A stretch of DNA of 64,000 nt from Flavobacteriales bacterium (GTDB taxonomy: Bacteria; Bacteroidota; Bacteroidia; UBA10329): positions 5,889 through 69,888 of the forward strand of contig JAGYJL010000006.1 in NCBI GenBank assembly GCA_018402015.1, written 5' to 3'. The notes beneath the pieces were generated by a model, which saw only the letters and a program-made list of their open reading frames with translations, searched no databases and had not been told where the DNA came from. This document shows, piece by piece, positions 34,854 to 44,869 of the stretch. How positions within the stretch are numbered: the stretch's first letter is position 1; every line of letters begins with the position of its first letter. A program made the position numbers and the translations under genes.

Positions 34854-36116
34854 ATGGCAGAAGTGATCAGAATGCCCAAGTTGAGCGACACCATGACCGA
34901 AGGCGTGGTAGCTGAATGGCACAAGAAGGTTGGAGACGAGGTTTCTTCGGGAGACTTACTTGCTGAGATTGAATCTGACAAGGCAACCATGGAGTTCGAA
35001 TCGTTCTACGATGGAGTGCTTTTGCATATTGGTGTTCAGAAAGGAAAAGGTGCGGTGGTCGATTCCATTTTGGCCATTATTGGCGAAAAAGGTGAGGATA
35101 TTTCAGCCCTATTACAAGAAGATTCCGCTCCTAAAGTGGAGGAGAGAAAAGAGGAAATAAAAACTGAAGAATCAACGCCACAAGAAGTTAAAGTTGAGGT
35201 AAAACCAGAGCCAAAAGCAACACCTGCTGTTGCTCCTAAGCCTGTCGCTGTACCTCAAGCGGCTACAAACGGTAGAATAATTGCTTCGCCACTTGCCAAA
35301 AAACTCGCTACGGATAAAGGAATTGACATCAATCTGGTTCTTGGTTCGGGCGATGGCGGAAGAGTGATCAGAAGAGATATAGAAGCATTTCAACATCATG
35401 GACAATCTGCAGCTAATGCAGTCGAAAGCTTCCACGATGTAGAGGTTTCGCAAATGCGAAAAACCATTGCTCGAAGATTGGCTGAAAGCAAGTTCAGCGC
35501 TCCGCATTTCTATCTCACTATGAAGATAGATATGGATGCAATGATGGATGCCCGAGATAGTATCAACAGCGTTTCTAAGGTTAAAATATCGTTCAATGAT
35601 CTGGTTATCAAAGCGGTTGCTGTTGCACTGAAAGAACATCCGCAGATCAATGCTGCGTGGATGGGCGATCACATTCGCTTTAACAATCATGTACACATTG
35701 GAGTAGCTGTTGCGGTGCCAGACGGACTACTTGTTCCCGTGGTAAGATTTGCAGATACCAAGCGACTGAGCGAAATATCCAGCGAAGTGAAAGATTTTGT
35801 GCTACGAGCCAACGACAAGAAGCTACAACCAAAGGATTGGGAAGGAAACACATTCACCATTTCCAACTTAGGAATGTTTGGTATAGATGAGTTTACTGCT
35901 ATCATTAACACGCCCGATAGTTGTATCATGGCGGTTGGTGGAATAGAGGAGGTTCCCGTGGTGAAAAACGGGCAGATCGTTCCTGGAAATGTGATGAAAG
36001 TAACGCTCTCATGCGATCATCGTGTGGTTGATGGTGCTTCGGGAGCGAAATTCTTGAAGACATTTAAGAAGTTGATGGAGAACCCGGTTTTACTACTTGG
36101 TTCATATTCGATCTAA
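34854..36116 (+). CDS. dihydrolipoamide acetyltransferase, E2 component of the pyruvate dehydrogenase complex
   Basis: It has a lipoyl domain (LAEIESDKATMEFES), a P/A-rich linker, a subunit-binding domain (IASPLAKKLA) and the catalytic motif SCDHRVVDGA. Confidence 0.88.
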   Translation: MAEVIRMPKLSDTMTEGVVAEWHKKVGDEVSSGDLLAEIESDKATMEFESFYDGVLLHIGVQKGKGAVVDSILAIIGEKGEDISALLQEDSAPKVEERKEEIKTEESTPQEVKVEVKPEPKATPAVAPKPVAVPQAATNGRIIASPLAKKLATDKGIDINLVLGSGDGGRVIRRDIEAFQHHGQSAANAVESFHDVEVSQMRKTIARRLAESKFSAPHFYLTMKIDMDAMMDARDSINSVSKVKISFNDLVIKAVAVALKEHPQINAAWMGDHIRFNNHVHIGVAVAVPDGLLVPVVRFADTKRLSEISSEVKDFVLRANDKKLQPKDWEGNTFTISNLGMFGIDEFTAIINTPDSCIMAVGGIEEVPVVKNGQIVPGNVMKVTLSCDHRVVDGASGAKFLKTFKKLMENPVLLLGSYSI

Positions 36117-36190
36117 ACTCCGTAAAACAACTTAGTCGCAAAGCAGTTATTCGCTGTTTCTTTGATGCGATAGTCTTAAAACATTGCAGT

Positions 36191-36670
36191 ATGAAAAGAA
36201 TAATTACACTTCTACTCTTCGCATTCAGTGCAGCATATCTAAGTGGGTGTCAAGAAAAATTTGAAGACGCCAAGTATCGCTGTAAGATCAACGGAAAGGA
36301 TTTTATTCCTGGCAATGAATTGATTCAATTCACGTACACTGAAAACCAGAACAACGATCGTATTCGTATTCGCGGAACCGCGTTGGCAACAGGCATAGTT
36401 ACAGGAAATCCCTATGGTGAGTTGGAAATTCAATTCTCTTTCAACGATGATTCTATTGGTACAACTCAACTGGCCTACGATGCCGTTTTCTACGGAAACA
36501 ACGAATGGGACAAGACCTTTAGAAGCTCTTCTGATGACCCGGGCAGTGTTACCATTACAAGTTTAGATAAGGCTGGCAAGCGAGTAACGGCCAATTTTGA
36601 GCTTACTGCTTATGCCGATGATGGTTCAACATTAACCATCACAGACGGTTTTTTTGACCAAAGCTGGTAA
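36191..36670 (+). CDS. hypothetical lipoprotein
   Basis: The lipobox is AYLSGC. The protein is 159 aa and I recognise no family. Confidence 0.5.
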   Translation: MKRIITLLLFAFSAAYLSGCQEKFEDAKYRCKINGKDFIPGNELIQFTYTENQNNDRIRIRGTALATGIVTGNPYGELEIQFSFNDDSIGTTQLAYDAVFYGNNEWDKTFRSSSDDPGSVTITSLDKAGKRVTANFELTAYADDGSTLTITDGFFDQSW

Positions 36671-36793
36671 CACGCCCAAGTTCAGTTTAAGAGAATTTGG
36701 CACTTATTAGCATTTGCGCGTAACCTAAGCAACTACTTTCGGTATAAGCTTTTGGAACTAAGGTTCTGATAGTGGATTTTTCATTTGGTTTGG

Positions 36794-36829
36794 CTGCGGC
36801 TCCTCGAAAGTGGGGCCGCAGTATTTTTA
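36794..36829 (+). terminator. Rho-independent terminator ~125 nt downstream of the lipoprotein gene
   Basis: CTGCGGCTCC-tcgaaagt-GGGGCCGCAG (one G-U pair) is followed by TATTTTTAT. Confidence 0.6.
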
Positions 36830-36865
36830 TATGGTTGTTCGTGGCGCTGCGTTTACTTTTAAACC

Positions 36866-38980
36866 GTGAAACCACTTCTCGAAACATCTATAGAGTTTTT
36901 ATCGGGCGTTGGACCAGAACGCGCAAAATTGCTGCGCGAAGAATTCGGGATTCGCACATACAGCGATCTGCTTCATCACTTTCCATTTCGTTATGTAGAT
37001 AAAACTCAGTTCCACCAGATCAACAGCATCAGCAGCGATGAAACGGATATTCAACTGCGCGGAAGAATAACCTCTGTGCGAACTGTTGGGGAGAATCGTG
37101 GTCAGCGTTTGGTGGCCGATTTCACCGATGGAACGGGCGTTATTGAACTTGTTTGGTTCAAAGGAATCAAGTGGGTCAAGCCAAAGCTTCTGCCTAATAT
37201 CGATTATGTGGTTTTTGGCAGACCAAGCAATTTCAAGGGCAAGTACAATATGGTTCATCCGGAGTTTGAAACGGTGGAATCTCAGCAGAAAAAAGTGGCC
37301 ATTGCCTTACAACCAGTCTACCCATCAACAGAAAAGGCAAAGGCCAAAAACCTTGATGCAAAAGCCATTGGTCGTTTGATGAATGCGCTTGTTGCTCAAC
37401 TCAAAGGTCAGGGGCATGTTGCAGAACTTTATGGTTCGGATTTCAGAGAAAAGAACAATCTCATCGGAAGAGAAGAAGCCTTTATCAATGTTCATTTTCC
37501 GAAGGATAGCGACACGCTACGTAAAGCACTGTTCAGGTTAAAGTTCGATGAGTTGTTCTTTATACAACTACGCTTGCTGAAACTCAAACTCATCAACCAG
37601 AATAAGTTTCAAGGAGCTGTTTTTGCCGAAGTTGGTGAATTGGTCAATCGATTCTATTCAGAGTGTTTGCCCTTTGACCTAACCGATGCTCAGAAACGCG
37701 TTGTGCGAGAAATACGTCACGATCTAGGTTCTGGAAAACAGATGAGCAGATTGCTCCAAGGAGACGTTGGTAGCGGAAAAACCATTGTGGCTCTCATGTC
37801 CATGCTGCTAGCGGTAGATAACGGCTATCAAGCAGCACTGATGGCGCCAACAGAGATTTTGGCAGAGCAGCATTTCGCCACCATTTCATCGTTTCTCAAA
37901 AAACTGAATCTTCACATTGCCTTGCTCACAGGTTCTACAAAAACTGCCGAGCGTAAGCTGCTTCACGAGCAACTAAGAACGGGAGAGATTCATATTCTCA
38001 TTGGTACGCATGCGCTCATTGAAGACGTGGTGCAATTTGATAGATTAGGATTGGTGATCGTGGATGAACAGCACCGTTTTGGAGTTCAACAGCGCGCTAA
38101 ACTGTGGTTAAAAGGTCGCGATGGAGAAGTGCCTCATATGCTTATTATGACCGCAACGCCCATTCCACGAACGCTGGCAATGACTGTTTACGGTGATCTG
38201 GACACATCTGTTATCGATCAACTTCCTCCAGGGCGTAAACCGATAAAAACCTTGCACAGATTCGATTCTTCGCGCCAAAAGATCTTCGATTTCATGAAGC
38301 AGGAAATTGCCTTAGGAAGACAGATCTATGTGGTTTATCCGCTGATAAGCGAAAGTGAAAAACTCGATTTCAAGCATTTGGAAGATGGCTATGAATCCAT
38401 TATCCGCGATTTCCCACAGCCGCAATATCAGGTCAGTATTCTGCACGGTAAAATGAAGGCCGATCAGAAGGAATACGAAATGCAGCGTTTTAAAGAAGGA
38501 AAGACAAACATCATGGTTTCCACTACGGTTATCGAAGTTGGTGTGGATGTTCCGAATGCTTCGGTAATGGTGATTGAAAGTGCCGAACGCTTTGGCCTTT
38601 CACAGTTGCATCAGTTGCGCGGTAGAGTTGGGCGAGGAGCAGAACAGAGTTATTGCATTCTTATGACGGGTTACGCTTTGGGACAGGAGGCGCGCACTAG
38701 AATGGAAACCATGGTGCGAACCAACGATGGTTTTGAGATTGCCGAAGTTGATATGCGCTTGCGCGGACCGGGCGATATTCAAGGTACGCAGCAAAGTGGA
38801 AAACCGATTTTTCAGATAACCAACCTTAGTAAAGATGGGCAGATATTACTGGCTGCGCGAAATGCTGCTATCGACCTGTTGACAGATGATCCGAATCTCG
38901 AAAAGCGTGAAAATGCGCTCACCAAGCATTACCTGATTCAAGAAATGAAGAACCGCCCGAATTGGGCGCGGGTTTCTTGA
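36866..38980 (+). CDS. recG: ATP-dependent DNA helicase RecG
   Basis: This 704-aa protein has a wedge domain and helicase motifs (GDVGSGKT, DEQHRFG, TATPIPRT, QLHQLRGRVGRG). The start is GTG. Confidence 0.9.
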   Translation: MKPLLETSIEFLSGVGPERAKLLREEFGIRTYSDLLHHFPFRYVDKTQFHQINSISSDETDIQLRGRITSVRTVGENRGQRLVADFTDGTGVIELVWFKGIKWVKPKLLPNIDYVVFGRPSNFKGKYNMVHPEFETVESQQKKVAIALQPVYPSTEKAKAKNLDAKAIGRLMNALVAQLKGQGHVAELYGSDFREKNNLIGREEAFINVHFPKDSDTLRKALFRLKFDELFFIQLRLLKLKLINQNKFQGAVFAEVGELVNRFYSECLPFDLTDAQKRVVREIRHDLGSGKQMSRLLQGDVGSGKTIVALMSMLLAVDNGYQAALMAPTEILAEQHFATISSFLKKLNLHIALLTGSTKTAERKLLHEQLRTGEIHILIGTHALIEDVVQFDRLGLVIVDEQHRFGVQQRAKLWLKGRDGEVPHMLIMTATPIPRTLAMTVYGDLDTSVIDQLPPGRKPIKTLHRFDSSRQKIFDFMKQEIALGRQIYVVYPLISESEKLDFKHLEDGYESIIRDFPQPQYQVSILHGKMKADQKEYEMQRFKEGKTNIMVSTTVIEVGVDVPNASVMVIESAERFGLSQLHQLRGRVGRGAEQSYCILMTGYALGQEARTRMETMVRTNDGFEIAEVDMRLRGPGDIQGTQQSGKPIFQITNLSKDGQILLAARNAAIDLLTDDPNLEKRENALTKHYLIQEMKNRPNWARVS

Positions 38981-38989
38981 TTCAGTTCG

Positions 38990-39046
38990 GTCATGCTGAA
39001 CTCGATTCAGCATCTGACATTTTAGACCCTGAAACAAGTTCAGGGT
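38990..39046. repeat. Double-hairpin intergenic element between convergent recG and tsaC (probable bidirectional terminator)
   Basis: Hairpin 1 is TGCTGAA-ctcga-TTCAGCA with outer GTCA/TGAC pairs. Hairpin 2 is ACCCTGAA-acaag-TTCAGGGT. Both share a CTGAA/TTCAG core. Confidence 0.6.
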
Positions 39047-39062
39047 GACGGTATACAAAGCT

Positions 39063-40022
39063 TTAAGAGTTAACCGCAGCCCGTCTCAACCTATCGTTTA
39101 TTGCTCGTCCCAATCCGATCTCTGGTAAACGTTCTGCTAGGATAAGATCAACCGGAAACTTGTCAAACTCACGCATAAAAGCAAAGAGATTCACTGCTGC
39201 TTCGTGAAGGTCGCCATGGGGCGAAAGCAACAATTGACGGTCTGGTGGAAGGAATTCCAATCGCGTCATAAATCCTAGAAAGCCGATACGTTTTCCTTCA
39301 AATTCATGGATCATTTCACCGGGATTTCCGAAGTACAACGGCTTTCCTGGAGCGTAATGACTTTTGAGCATTCCAGGTGCTTTTGGGTCAGAAGATTGGT
39401 TCAGCGTTACTTCCACTGGTCCGATCAGATCCTCAATAACATCAACGCTTAATCCTCCTAAACGATAAATGATCGGTTTACCTTCCTCGAAACCGATGAT
39501 AGTGCTTTCCAAACCTACCGTTGTTGGGCCGCCATCCAGAATGTAATCGATTTTTTCCCCAAGCTGATCTTCCACATGTTGCGCAGTGGTCGGACTTACA
39601 TATCCGAACGGATTGGCGCTGGGTGCTGCCAGCGGAAAATTGAGTGAACGGAGCAATTCCTGCGTCAAAGGGTGAGATGGAACACGCACCGCCACATTAT
39701 CTAAACCCGAAGTCACTAGATCAGGAACGATTGGTTTCTTCGGAAGCACCAAGGTCATGGGTCCGGGCCAGAATTCGTCCATCAGTGTTCTGGCCAAAGA
39801 TGGAATTTCAGCCACGTGCTCTTTTATCCACTCAATGCCCGAACTATGAACGATCAACGGGTCGAACTGAGGACGATTCTTGGTTTCAAAGATCTTAAGA
39901 ACAGCCTCTTCATTGAATGCATTCCCTGCCAATCCGTATACCGTTTCGGTAGGAATTGCAACCAATTTCCCCTGTCTCAGCAGGCGCGCTGCTTTCTCTA
40001 TGTCGGTTCCAATTTCGGCCAT
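39063..40022 (-). CDS. tsaC: L-threonylcarbamoyladenylate synthase (Sua5/YwlC type, with C-terminal Sua5 domain)
   Basis: This 319-aa protein has the motifs GKLVAIPTETVYGLAGNA, KNRP and PSANPFG. Confidence 0.85.
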   Translation of the reverse strand: MAEIGTDIEKAARLLRQGKLVAIPTETVYGLAGNAFNEEAVLKIFETKNRPQFDPLIVHSSGIEWIKEHVAEIPSLARTLMDEFWPGPMTLVLPKKPIVPDLVTSGLDNVAVRVPSHPLTQELLRSLNFPLAAPSANPFGYVSPTTAQHVEDQLGEKIDYILDGGPTTVGLESTIIGFEEGKPIIYRLGGLSVDVIEDLIGPVEVTLNQSSDPKAPGMLKSHYAPGKPLYFGNPGEMIHEFEGKRIGFLGFMTRLEFLPPDRQLLLSPHGDLHEAAVNLFAFMREFDKFPVDLILAERLPEIGLGRAINDRLRRAAVNS

Positions 40023-40027
40023 TTCCG

Positions 40028-40035
40028 CAAATGTA
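40028..40035 (-). promoter_or_regulatory. -7 box TACATTTG only 5 nt upstream of the tsaC ATG (leaderless-type arrangement)
   Basis: The minus strand reads TTACATTTGCGGAAATGGCC. Confidence 0.35.
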
Positions 40036-40129
40036 ATTGCTATAGCCTTCCATGTCCAGATTTATCGATAATCAGAAAGGCTTTCTTTCAGGGTCACAAA
40101 CCTTAAATTCGCGGCTCAAACGCGCACGC

Positions 40130-42577
40130 ATGAACATTTCCTACAACTGGCTGAGAGAATACCTGAAGATCGATATTGATGTGAACGAAGCGGCCGAGCT
40201 TCTTACGGGCAGCGGTCTCGAAGTGGAGAAGGTCATCCCGTTTTCTTCGGTAGAAGGAGGCTTGCAAGGGCTGGTAATTGGCGAAGTGCTGAGCAAGGAA
40301 AAACATCCGGATGCCGATCGGTTGAACTGCACAAAGGTGAATGTCGGAACGGGCGAACCGTTGGACATTGTCTGTGGCGCTCCGAATGTGGAAGCAGGAC
40401 AGAAAGTGGTGGTTGCAACAGTTGGCACCATGCTTTACCCGTCCGAAGGCGAGCCATTTGAAATAAAGAAATCGAAGATACGCGGACAGGTTTCTGAAGG
40501 AATGATCTGTGCGGAAGATGAGATCGGACTGGGCGAAAGCCATGCGGGTATCATGGTGCTGCCGTCAGATGTGAAAGTTGGAACGCCAGCATCTGAATAT
40601 TTCAAGATTGAGAATGATTTTGTGTTGGAGATCGGTCTTACACCAAACCGTGCCGATGCAATGAGTCACATTGGCGTGGCGCGCGATCTTCGGGCCGTGG
40701 CCAAAGAAATAAAAGGCGGTTACGAGGATTTGAAATTGGACTGGCCAGATGTGATGGGTTATTCGGCCGATCTGAAAGAAAACCCGATTGCAATCGATGT
40801 GCAAGATGCAGAAGCTGCTCCGCGATACGTTGGTCTTTACATTCAAGGAATTGAGGTGAAACCATCGCCAACGTGGTTGCAGAATAGACTCAAAGCCATT
40901 GGCTCGCGCCCGATCAATAACGTGGTTGATGTCACCAATTTCGTGTTGCACGAATTAGGCCAGCCGCTGCATGCATTTGATGCTGATAAGATAAAAGACA
41001 GCAAAGTGGTAGTTCGTTCGGCAAAGTCGGGAGAGAAATTCACCACCTTGGACGAAGTAGAAAGAGACTTGAACGATAACGACCTCATGATCTGTCATTC
41101 CACCGATGGAATGTGTATTGCAGGTGTGTTCGGTGGTTTGAATTCTGGTGTTACCGAAGGAACCAAGAATGTGTTTTTGGAGAGTGCCTATTTCAATCCG
41201 GTTTCAATCCGGAAAACCGCCAAACGTCATGGCTTGAGCACCGATGCTTCGTTCCGTTTTGAGCGCGGCATCGATCCCGAAACAGTTGTTTATGCGGCCA
41301 AACGCGCTGCCTTGCTGATACAAGAATTAGCGGGAGGGAAATTATCCGTCATCACCGATATCTACCCGAATCCGATTCCGCATCAGAAAGTGGAAGTGAA
41401 GTTTGCCAATATCAACCGATTGATCGGCCAGGAAATACCGAAGGAAACGGTGCTTTCAATCTTGGATGACCTTGGAATTTATGTGGAGAAGAAGAACGAT
41501 GAAGGACTGAAACTGTCTGTACCGTCATTCAAGAATGATGTGACGCGAGAAGCTGATGTGATTGAAGAGATTCTTCGCGTGTACGGTTACGATCGTATTC
41601 TTGGAAGCGGTCAATTGCGTGTTCCTTTGATCGCTTCGGATAAGAAAAGTCCAGAGCAATTAAGAAACTTGGTTTCGGACGCGCTCACTTCGCAAGGCTT
41701 CAACGAGATCATGAACAATTCGCTTACCAAAGCGGCTTACATGGACAAGCATTTTGCTGATGCGGGAAAATCCAAAGTGGATATACTGAACCCCTTGAGT
41801 GCTGATCTGAATGCTATGCGTCAGACCTTGCTTTTCGGAGGATTGGAAAGCGTTTCTCGCAACATCCGCCATCAGAATCCTAATTGTAAATTCTACGAAT
41901 TCGGAAACCTTTACGAGAAGAAAGCGAAAGGCAAGTGGCCTTATTCGGAATATCGTTCCTTAGGCCTTTTCATGACCGGAAGGTGGCAGAAAGAGCGTTG
42001 GAATGCAGCTGCCGGAAATGCCACATTCCATCACATTCATGGTGCTGTAAAGTCAATCCTGAACCGATTGGGAATTAACGCGCAACTGCAAGATCTTGCA
42101 GCCACAAATACCTATGCATACGGAATGGAATACCAGACCAAGGATGGGAAGTTGCTGGCCAATTTCGGAAGTGTGAATTCCACTATTCTTGAGGCATTCG
42201 ATATTGAGCAGGAAGTATTCTTTGCCGATTTTAATTGGGATCTGGTACTTCAAATGTCTGCTTTGAATGAGTTTGAGGTGACCGAATTACCAAAGTATCC
42301 GTCCGTTAGAAGAGACCTAGCGTTGCTGGTTGACAAAGCTGTGAAGTATGGCAAATTGGAAGAGCTTGCGTATCAAACGGAAAAGAATTTGCTCAAAGAA
42401 GTAAACCTTTTTGATGTGTACGAAGGCAAGGGAATTCCGGAAGGCAAACGTTCTTACGCCCTTAGTTTTATCCTTCAGGATGCGAATGCTACGCTGAACG
42501 ATAAGATAATCGACAAAACCATGGGGCGTTTGCAGCAACGTTTTGAAAGAGAGGTTGGAGCCGAATTGCGTGGATAG
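40130..42577 (+). CDS. pheT: phenylalanine--tRNA ligase, beta subunit
   Basis: MNISYNWLREYL... is followed by a tRNA-binding domain (HPDADRLNCTKVNVG), B3/4 and B5 domains, and a C-terminal anticodon-binding-like domain. The start is ATG 40130. Confidence 0.9.
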   Translation: MNISYNWLREYLKIDIDVNEAAELLTGSGLEVEKVIPFSSVEGGLQGLVIGEVLSKEKHPDADRLNCTKVNVGTGEPLDIVCGAPNVEAGQKVVVATVGTMLYPSEGEPFEIKKSKIRGQVSEGMICAEDEIGLGESHAGIMVLPSDVKVGTPASEYFKIENDFVLEIGLTPNRADAMSHIGVARDLRAVAKEIKGGYEDLKLDWPDVMGYSADLKENPIAIDVQDAEAAPRYVGLYIQGIEVKPSPTWLQNRLKAIGSRPINNVVDVTNFVLHELGQPLHAFDADKIKDSKVVVRSAKSGEKFTTLDEVERDLNDNDLMICHSTDGMCIAGVFGGLNSGVTEGTKNVFLESAYFNPVSIRKTAKRHGLSTDASFRFERGIDPETVVYAAKRAALLIQELAGGKLSVITDIYPNPIPHQKVEVKFANINRLIGQEIPKETVLSILDDLGIYVEKKNDEGLKLSVPSFKNDVTREADVIEEILRVYGYDRILGSGQLRVPLIASDKKSPEQLRNLVSDALTSQGFNEIMNNSLTKAAYMDKHFADAGKSKVDILNPLSADLNAMRQTLLFGGLESVSRNIRHQNPNCKFYEFGNLYEKKAKGKWPYSEYRSLGLFMTGRWQKERWNAAAGNATFHHIHGAVKSILNRLGINAQLQDLAATNTYAYGMEYQTKDGKLLANFGSVNSTILEAFDIEQEVFFADFNWDLVLQMSALNEFEVTELPKYPSVRRDLALLVDKAVKYGKLEELAYQTEKNLLKEVNLFDVYEGKGIPEGKRSYALSFILQDANATLNDKIIDKTMGRLQQRFEREVGAELRG

Positions 42578-42583
42578 TCGTAT

Positions 42584-44776
42584 ATGAAGCGACTCGTTGT
42601 CTCCTTGTTTTTACTTACTCCGTTTTTCCTTTTCGGGCAAGATGTGCGAATGATGCGCATCAAAAAGGCTGAAGGGAAAATGGTGCTTGACGGCAAACTG
42701 GACGAAGCAGATTGGCAAACAGCCGATGTTGCCAAGGATTTCCAACAGACCTTCCCTTTTGATAGCTCTTTGGCCCAGACATATACAGAAGTCATGCTTA
42801 CGTACGATGAGAAAAACCTCTACGTGGCCGCCATCTGTTACGATCCTATTGATGGGCCGTATATTATCGAGTCCTTGAAACGCGATTTTTCTTTCCCGGT
42901 GAGCGATGCCTTCGGAATCTTCATCGATCCGTTTGATGATGGCGCCAATGGCTTCAGCTTCTCTGTAAATCCTTTGGGTGTGCAGCGGGAAGGAACACTC
43001 GAGAATGGTGGCGGTTTCGGGGTTACTACAGCTTGGGATAATCGCTGGTTCAGTGAAGTGAAGATTGAGGAAGACAAGTGGGTGGTAGAGATGAAGATCC
43101 CCTTCAAATCAATTCGGTACAAAAGCAATATTTCTGAATGGGGCATCAACTTCGCGCGGAATGACCTGAAACGTAACGAAAGTAGCACCTGGAGTTGGGT
43201 GCAGCGTGGTCAGAATGTGGCGAACTTGGCCTACACAGGCAAACTCATTTGGGATGCGCCACCCAAAAAAGCTGGTGCCAATATTTCACTCATCCCATAC
43301 GGAATCGTGGGGCTAAACCGCGACTACCAAGGAGAGAACAAGACCAAAGTGCCATGGAATTTCGGAGGCGATGTGAAAGTGGGTATCACCTCATCTCTGA
43401 ATCTCGATCTTACGGTCCGACCAGATTTCTCGCAAGTGGAGGTGGACAGACAGATCACCAATCTTTCGCGGTTCAGCCTCTTTTTTCCTGAGCAGCGCCA
43501 GTTTTTTATCGAGAACAACGATCTGTTCGCTCGTTTCGGATTCAGTCAGATAAGGCCATTTTTCAGCCGAAGAATAGGACTGGAAAATGGCCAGGCCGTA
43601 CCGATTTTGGGAGGTTTCAGACTGAGCGGAAAGGTCAATCAGAACTGGCGGATCGGGTTCATGAGCATGCAGACCGAAGGTGGCGTTCCGCAGGGCGAAC
43701 TGTCGCAGAATTTTACCGTTGCGGCCATTCAAAGACGCGTTTTCAAACGGTCTAACATCGGTCTGATATTCGTAAACAAACAAGCGTTTGATGATTTCAG
43801 CCCGCAATGGACGGATTACAACCGCTTAGTGGGTTTGGATTTCGACCTCAATTCCGCCAACGGCAAGTGGCAAGGAAAGGCGTTCTATCATCATTCTTTC
43901 TCACCTGGCGACAAAGCATTTGTGGGTGCCAACGCCACTTGGCTCATGTACAATTCGGCCAATGTAACGGCTCATTGGAATCATGAGTATGTCAATGAGA
44001 ATTACAACGCGGAGGTCGGCTTTGTGCCGCGCCTGTCTCGCTTCAATCCGGAAACGGGGCAGACCGAGAAACGAACCTTTTGGCGTTTGGAGCCCAGTGT
44101 GGAGCACCGCTTTTACCCTAAGAATGGAAGCGTAGTGAATTACCATGCTCCTGGTGTTTATTACGATGGCTATTTTGATGAGAATTGGGGCGAAACCGAC
44201 CGTCAGGTGCAGTTTTTCTACAAGGTCAAATTCACGAACACCTCTTATCTGGAGGTGAATTACAACGAGTGGTTCACCAAGCTGTTTTTCAATACGGATG
44301 TGACCTTTACCGATCAGACAGCAATTTCAAAAGGAGGTTACGATTATCGTTCGGGCCGCATCTTCTACAAGACAGATGTCCGTAAGCGTTTCAATGCCTC
44401 GGCATCGGTCGAGTACGGTTCTTATTTCTCTGGAGAGAAGCTTACATCACAAACGATACTGAATTACCGCGCACAACCGTGGGGAATTTTCGCCATTCAG
44501 TATGATCAGAATGAGATATGGCTACCGAATGGCCGAAGAGCCAGTTTGCATCTTGTAGGCCCCAAGTTTGAGTTCTCTTTCACGAGAAGCGTTTTTCTCA
44601 CCACCTTCTTCCAATACAATACGCAGCAGAATAATTTCAACATCAATGCGCGGTTCCAGTGGCGCTTCAAACCCATGTCTGACCTATACTTGGTTTACAC
44701 CGATAATTACGACCAAACACTTTCCGTGAAGAACAGAGCTGTGGTGCTGAAGTTGATTTGGTGGATCACATTGTAG
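42584..44776 (+). CDS. CBM9-like carbohydrate-binding domain + DUF5916 outer-membrane-type protein
   Basis: It has a signal peptide and an N-terminal block (MVLDGKLDEADWQTADVAKDF...NLYVAAICYD...DAFGIFIDPF.D). A long beta-rich C-terminal region ends in an aromatic-rich stretch. Confidence 0.6.
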   Translation: MKRLVVSLFLLTPFFLFGQDVRMMRIKKAEGKMVLDGKLDEADWQTADVAKDFQQTFPFDSSLAQTYTEVMLTYDEKNLYVAAICYDPIDGPYIIESLKRDFSFPVSDAFGIFIDPFDDGANGFSFSVNPLGVQREGTLENGGGFGVTTAWDNRWFSEVKIEEDKWVVEMKIPFKSIRYKSNISEWGINFARNDLKRNESSTWSWVQRGQNVANLAYTGKLIWDAPPKKAGANISLIPYGIVGLNRDYQGENKTKVPWNFGGDVKVGITSSLNLDLTVRPDFSQVEVDRQITNLSRFSLFFPEQRQFFIENNDLFARFGFSQIRPFFSRRIGLENGQAVPILGGFRLSGKVNQNWRIGFMSMQTEGGVPQGELSQNFTVAAIQRRVFKRSNIGLIFVNKQAFDDFSPQWTDYNRLVGLDFDLNSANGKWQGKAFYHHSFSPGDKAFVGANATWLMYNSANVTAHWNHEYVNENYNAEVGFVPRLSRFNPETGQTEKRTFWRLEPSVEHRFYPKNGSVVNYHAPGVYYDGYFDENWGETDRQVQFFYKVKFTNTSYLEVNYNEWFTKLFFNTDVTFTDQTAISKGGYDYRSGRIFYKTDVRKRFNASASVEYGSYFSGEKLTSQTILNYRAQPWGIFAIQYDQNEIWLPNGRRASLHLVGPKFEFSFTRSVFLTTFFQYNTQQNNFNINARFQWRFKPMSDLYLVYTDNYDQTLSVKNRAVVLKLIWWITL

Positions 44777-44788
44777 TTACCGGTCTAA

Positions 44789-44862
44789 CGTCATTACGAG
44801 GGAAGAATGACCGAAGTAATCTTATTTGGGCAAGAGATTGCTTCTTTGCAATCGCAATGACG
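44789..44862. repeat. Intergenic palindromic element, family 1 copy B (between convergent genes)
   Basis: CGTCATTACGAGGGAAGAATGACCGAAGTAATCT ... AGATTGCTTCTTTGCAATCGCAATGACG. It has the same CGTCATTGCGA / GAAGCAATCT termini as 2028-2129. Confidence 0.7.
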
Positions 44863-44869
44863 GATTGAA

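Noticed and set aside
33849-36116. A PDH E1-alpha gene followed directly by E2, with no E1-beta gene.
   Set aside because: Split pdhA-E2 / pdhB organisation is the usual arrangement in Flavobacteriia-like genomes, so it is not an anomaly.
36671-36829. A 125-nt untranslated stretch between the lipoprotein stop and a good terminator, considered as a possible small RNA.
   Set aside because: There is no canonical promoter: TTTG at 36696 and TAGCATTTG at 36708 are wrongly spaced. I recognise no RNA family either. It is more simply a long 3' UTR, and cannot be decided from sequence alone.
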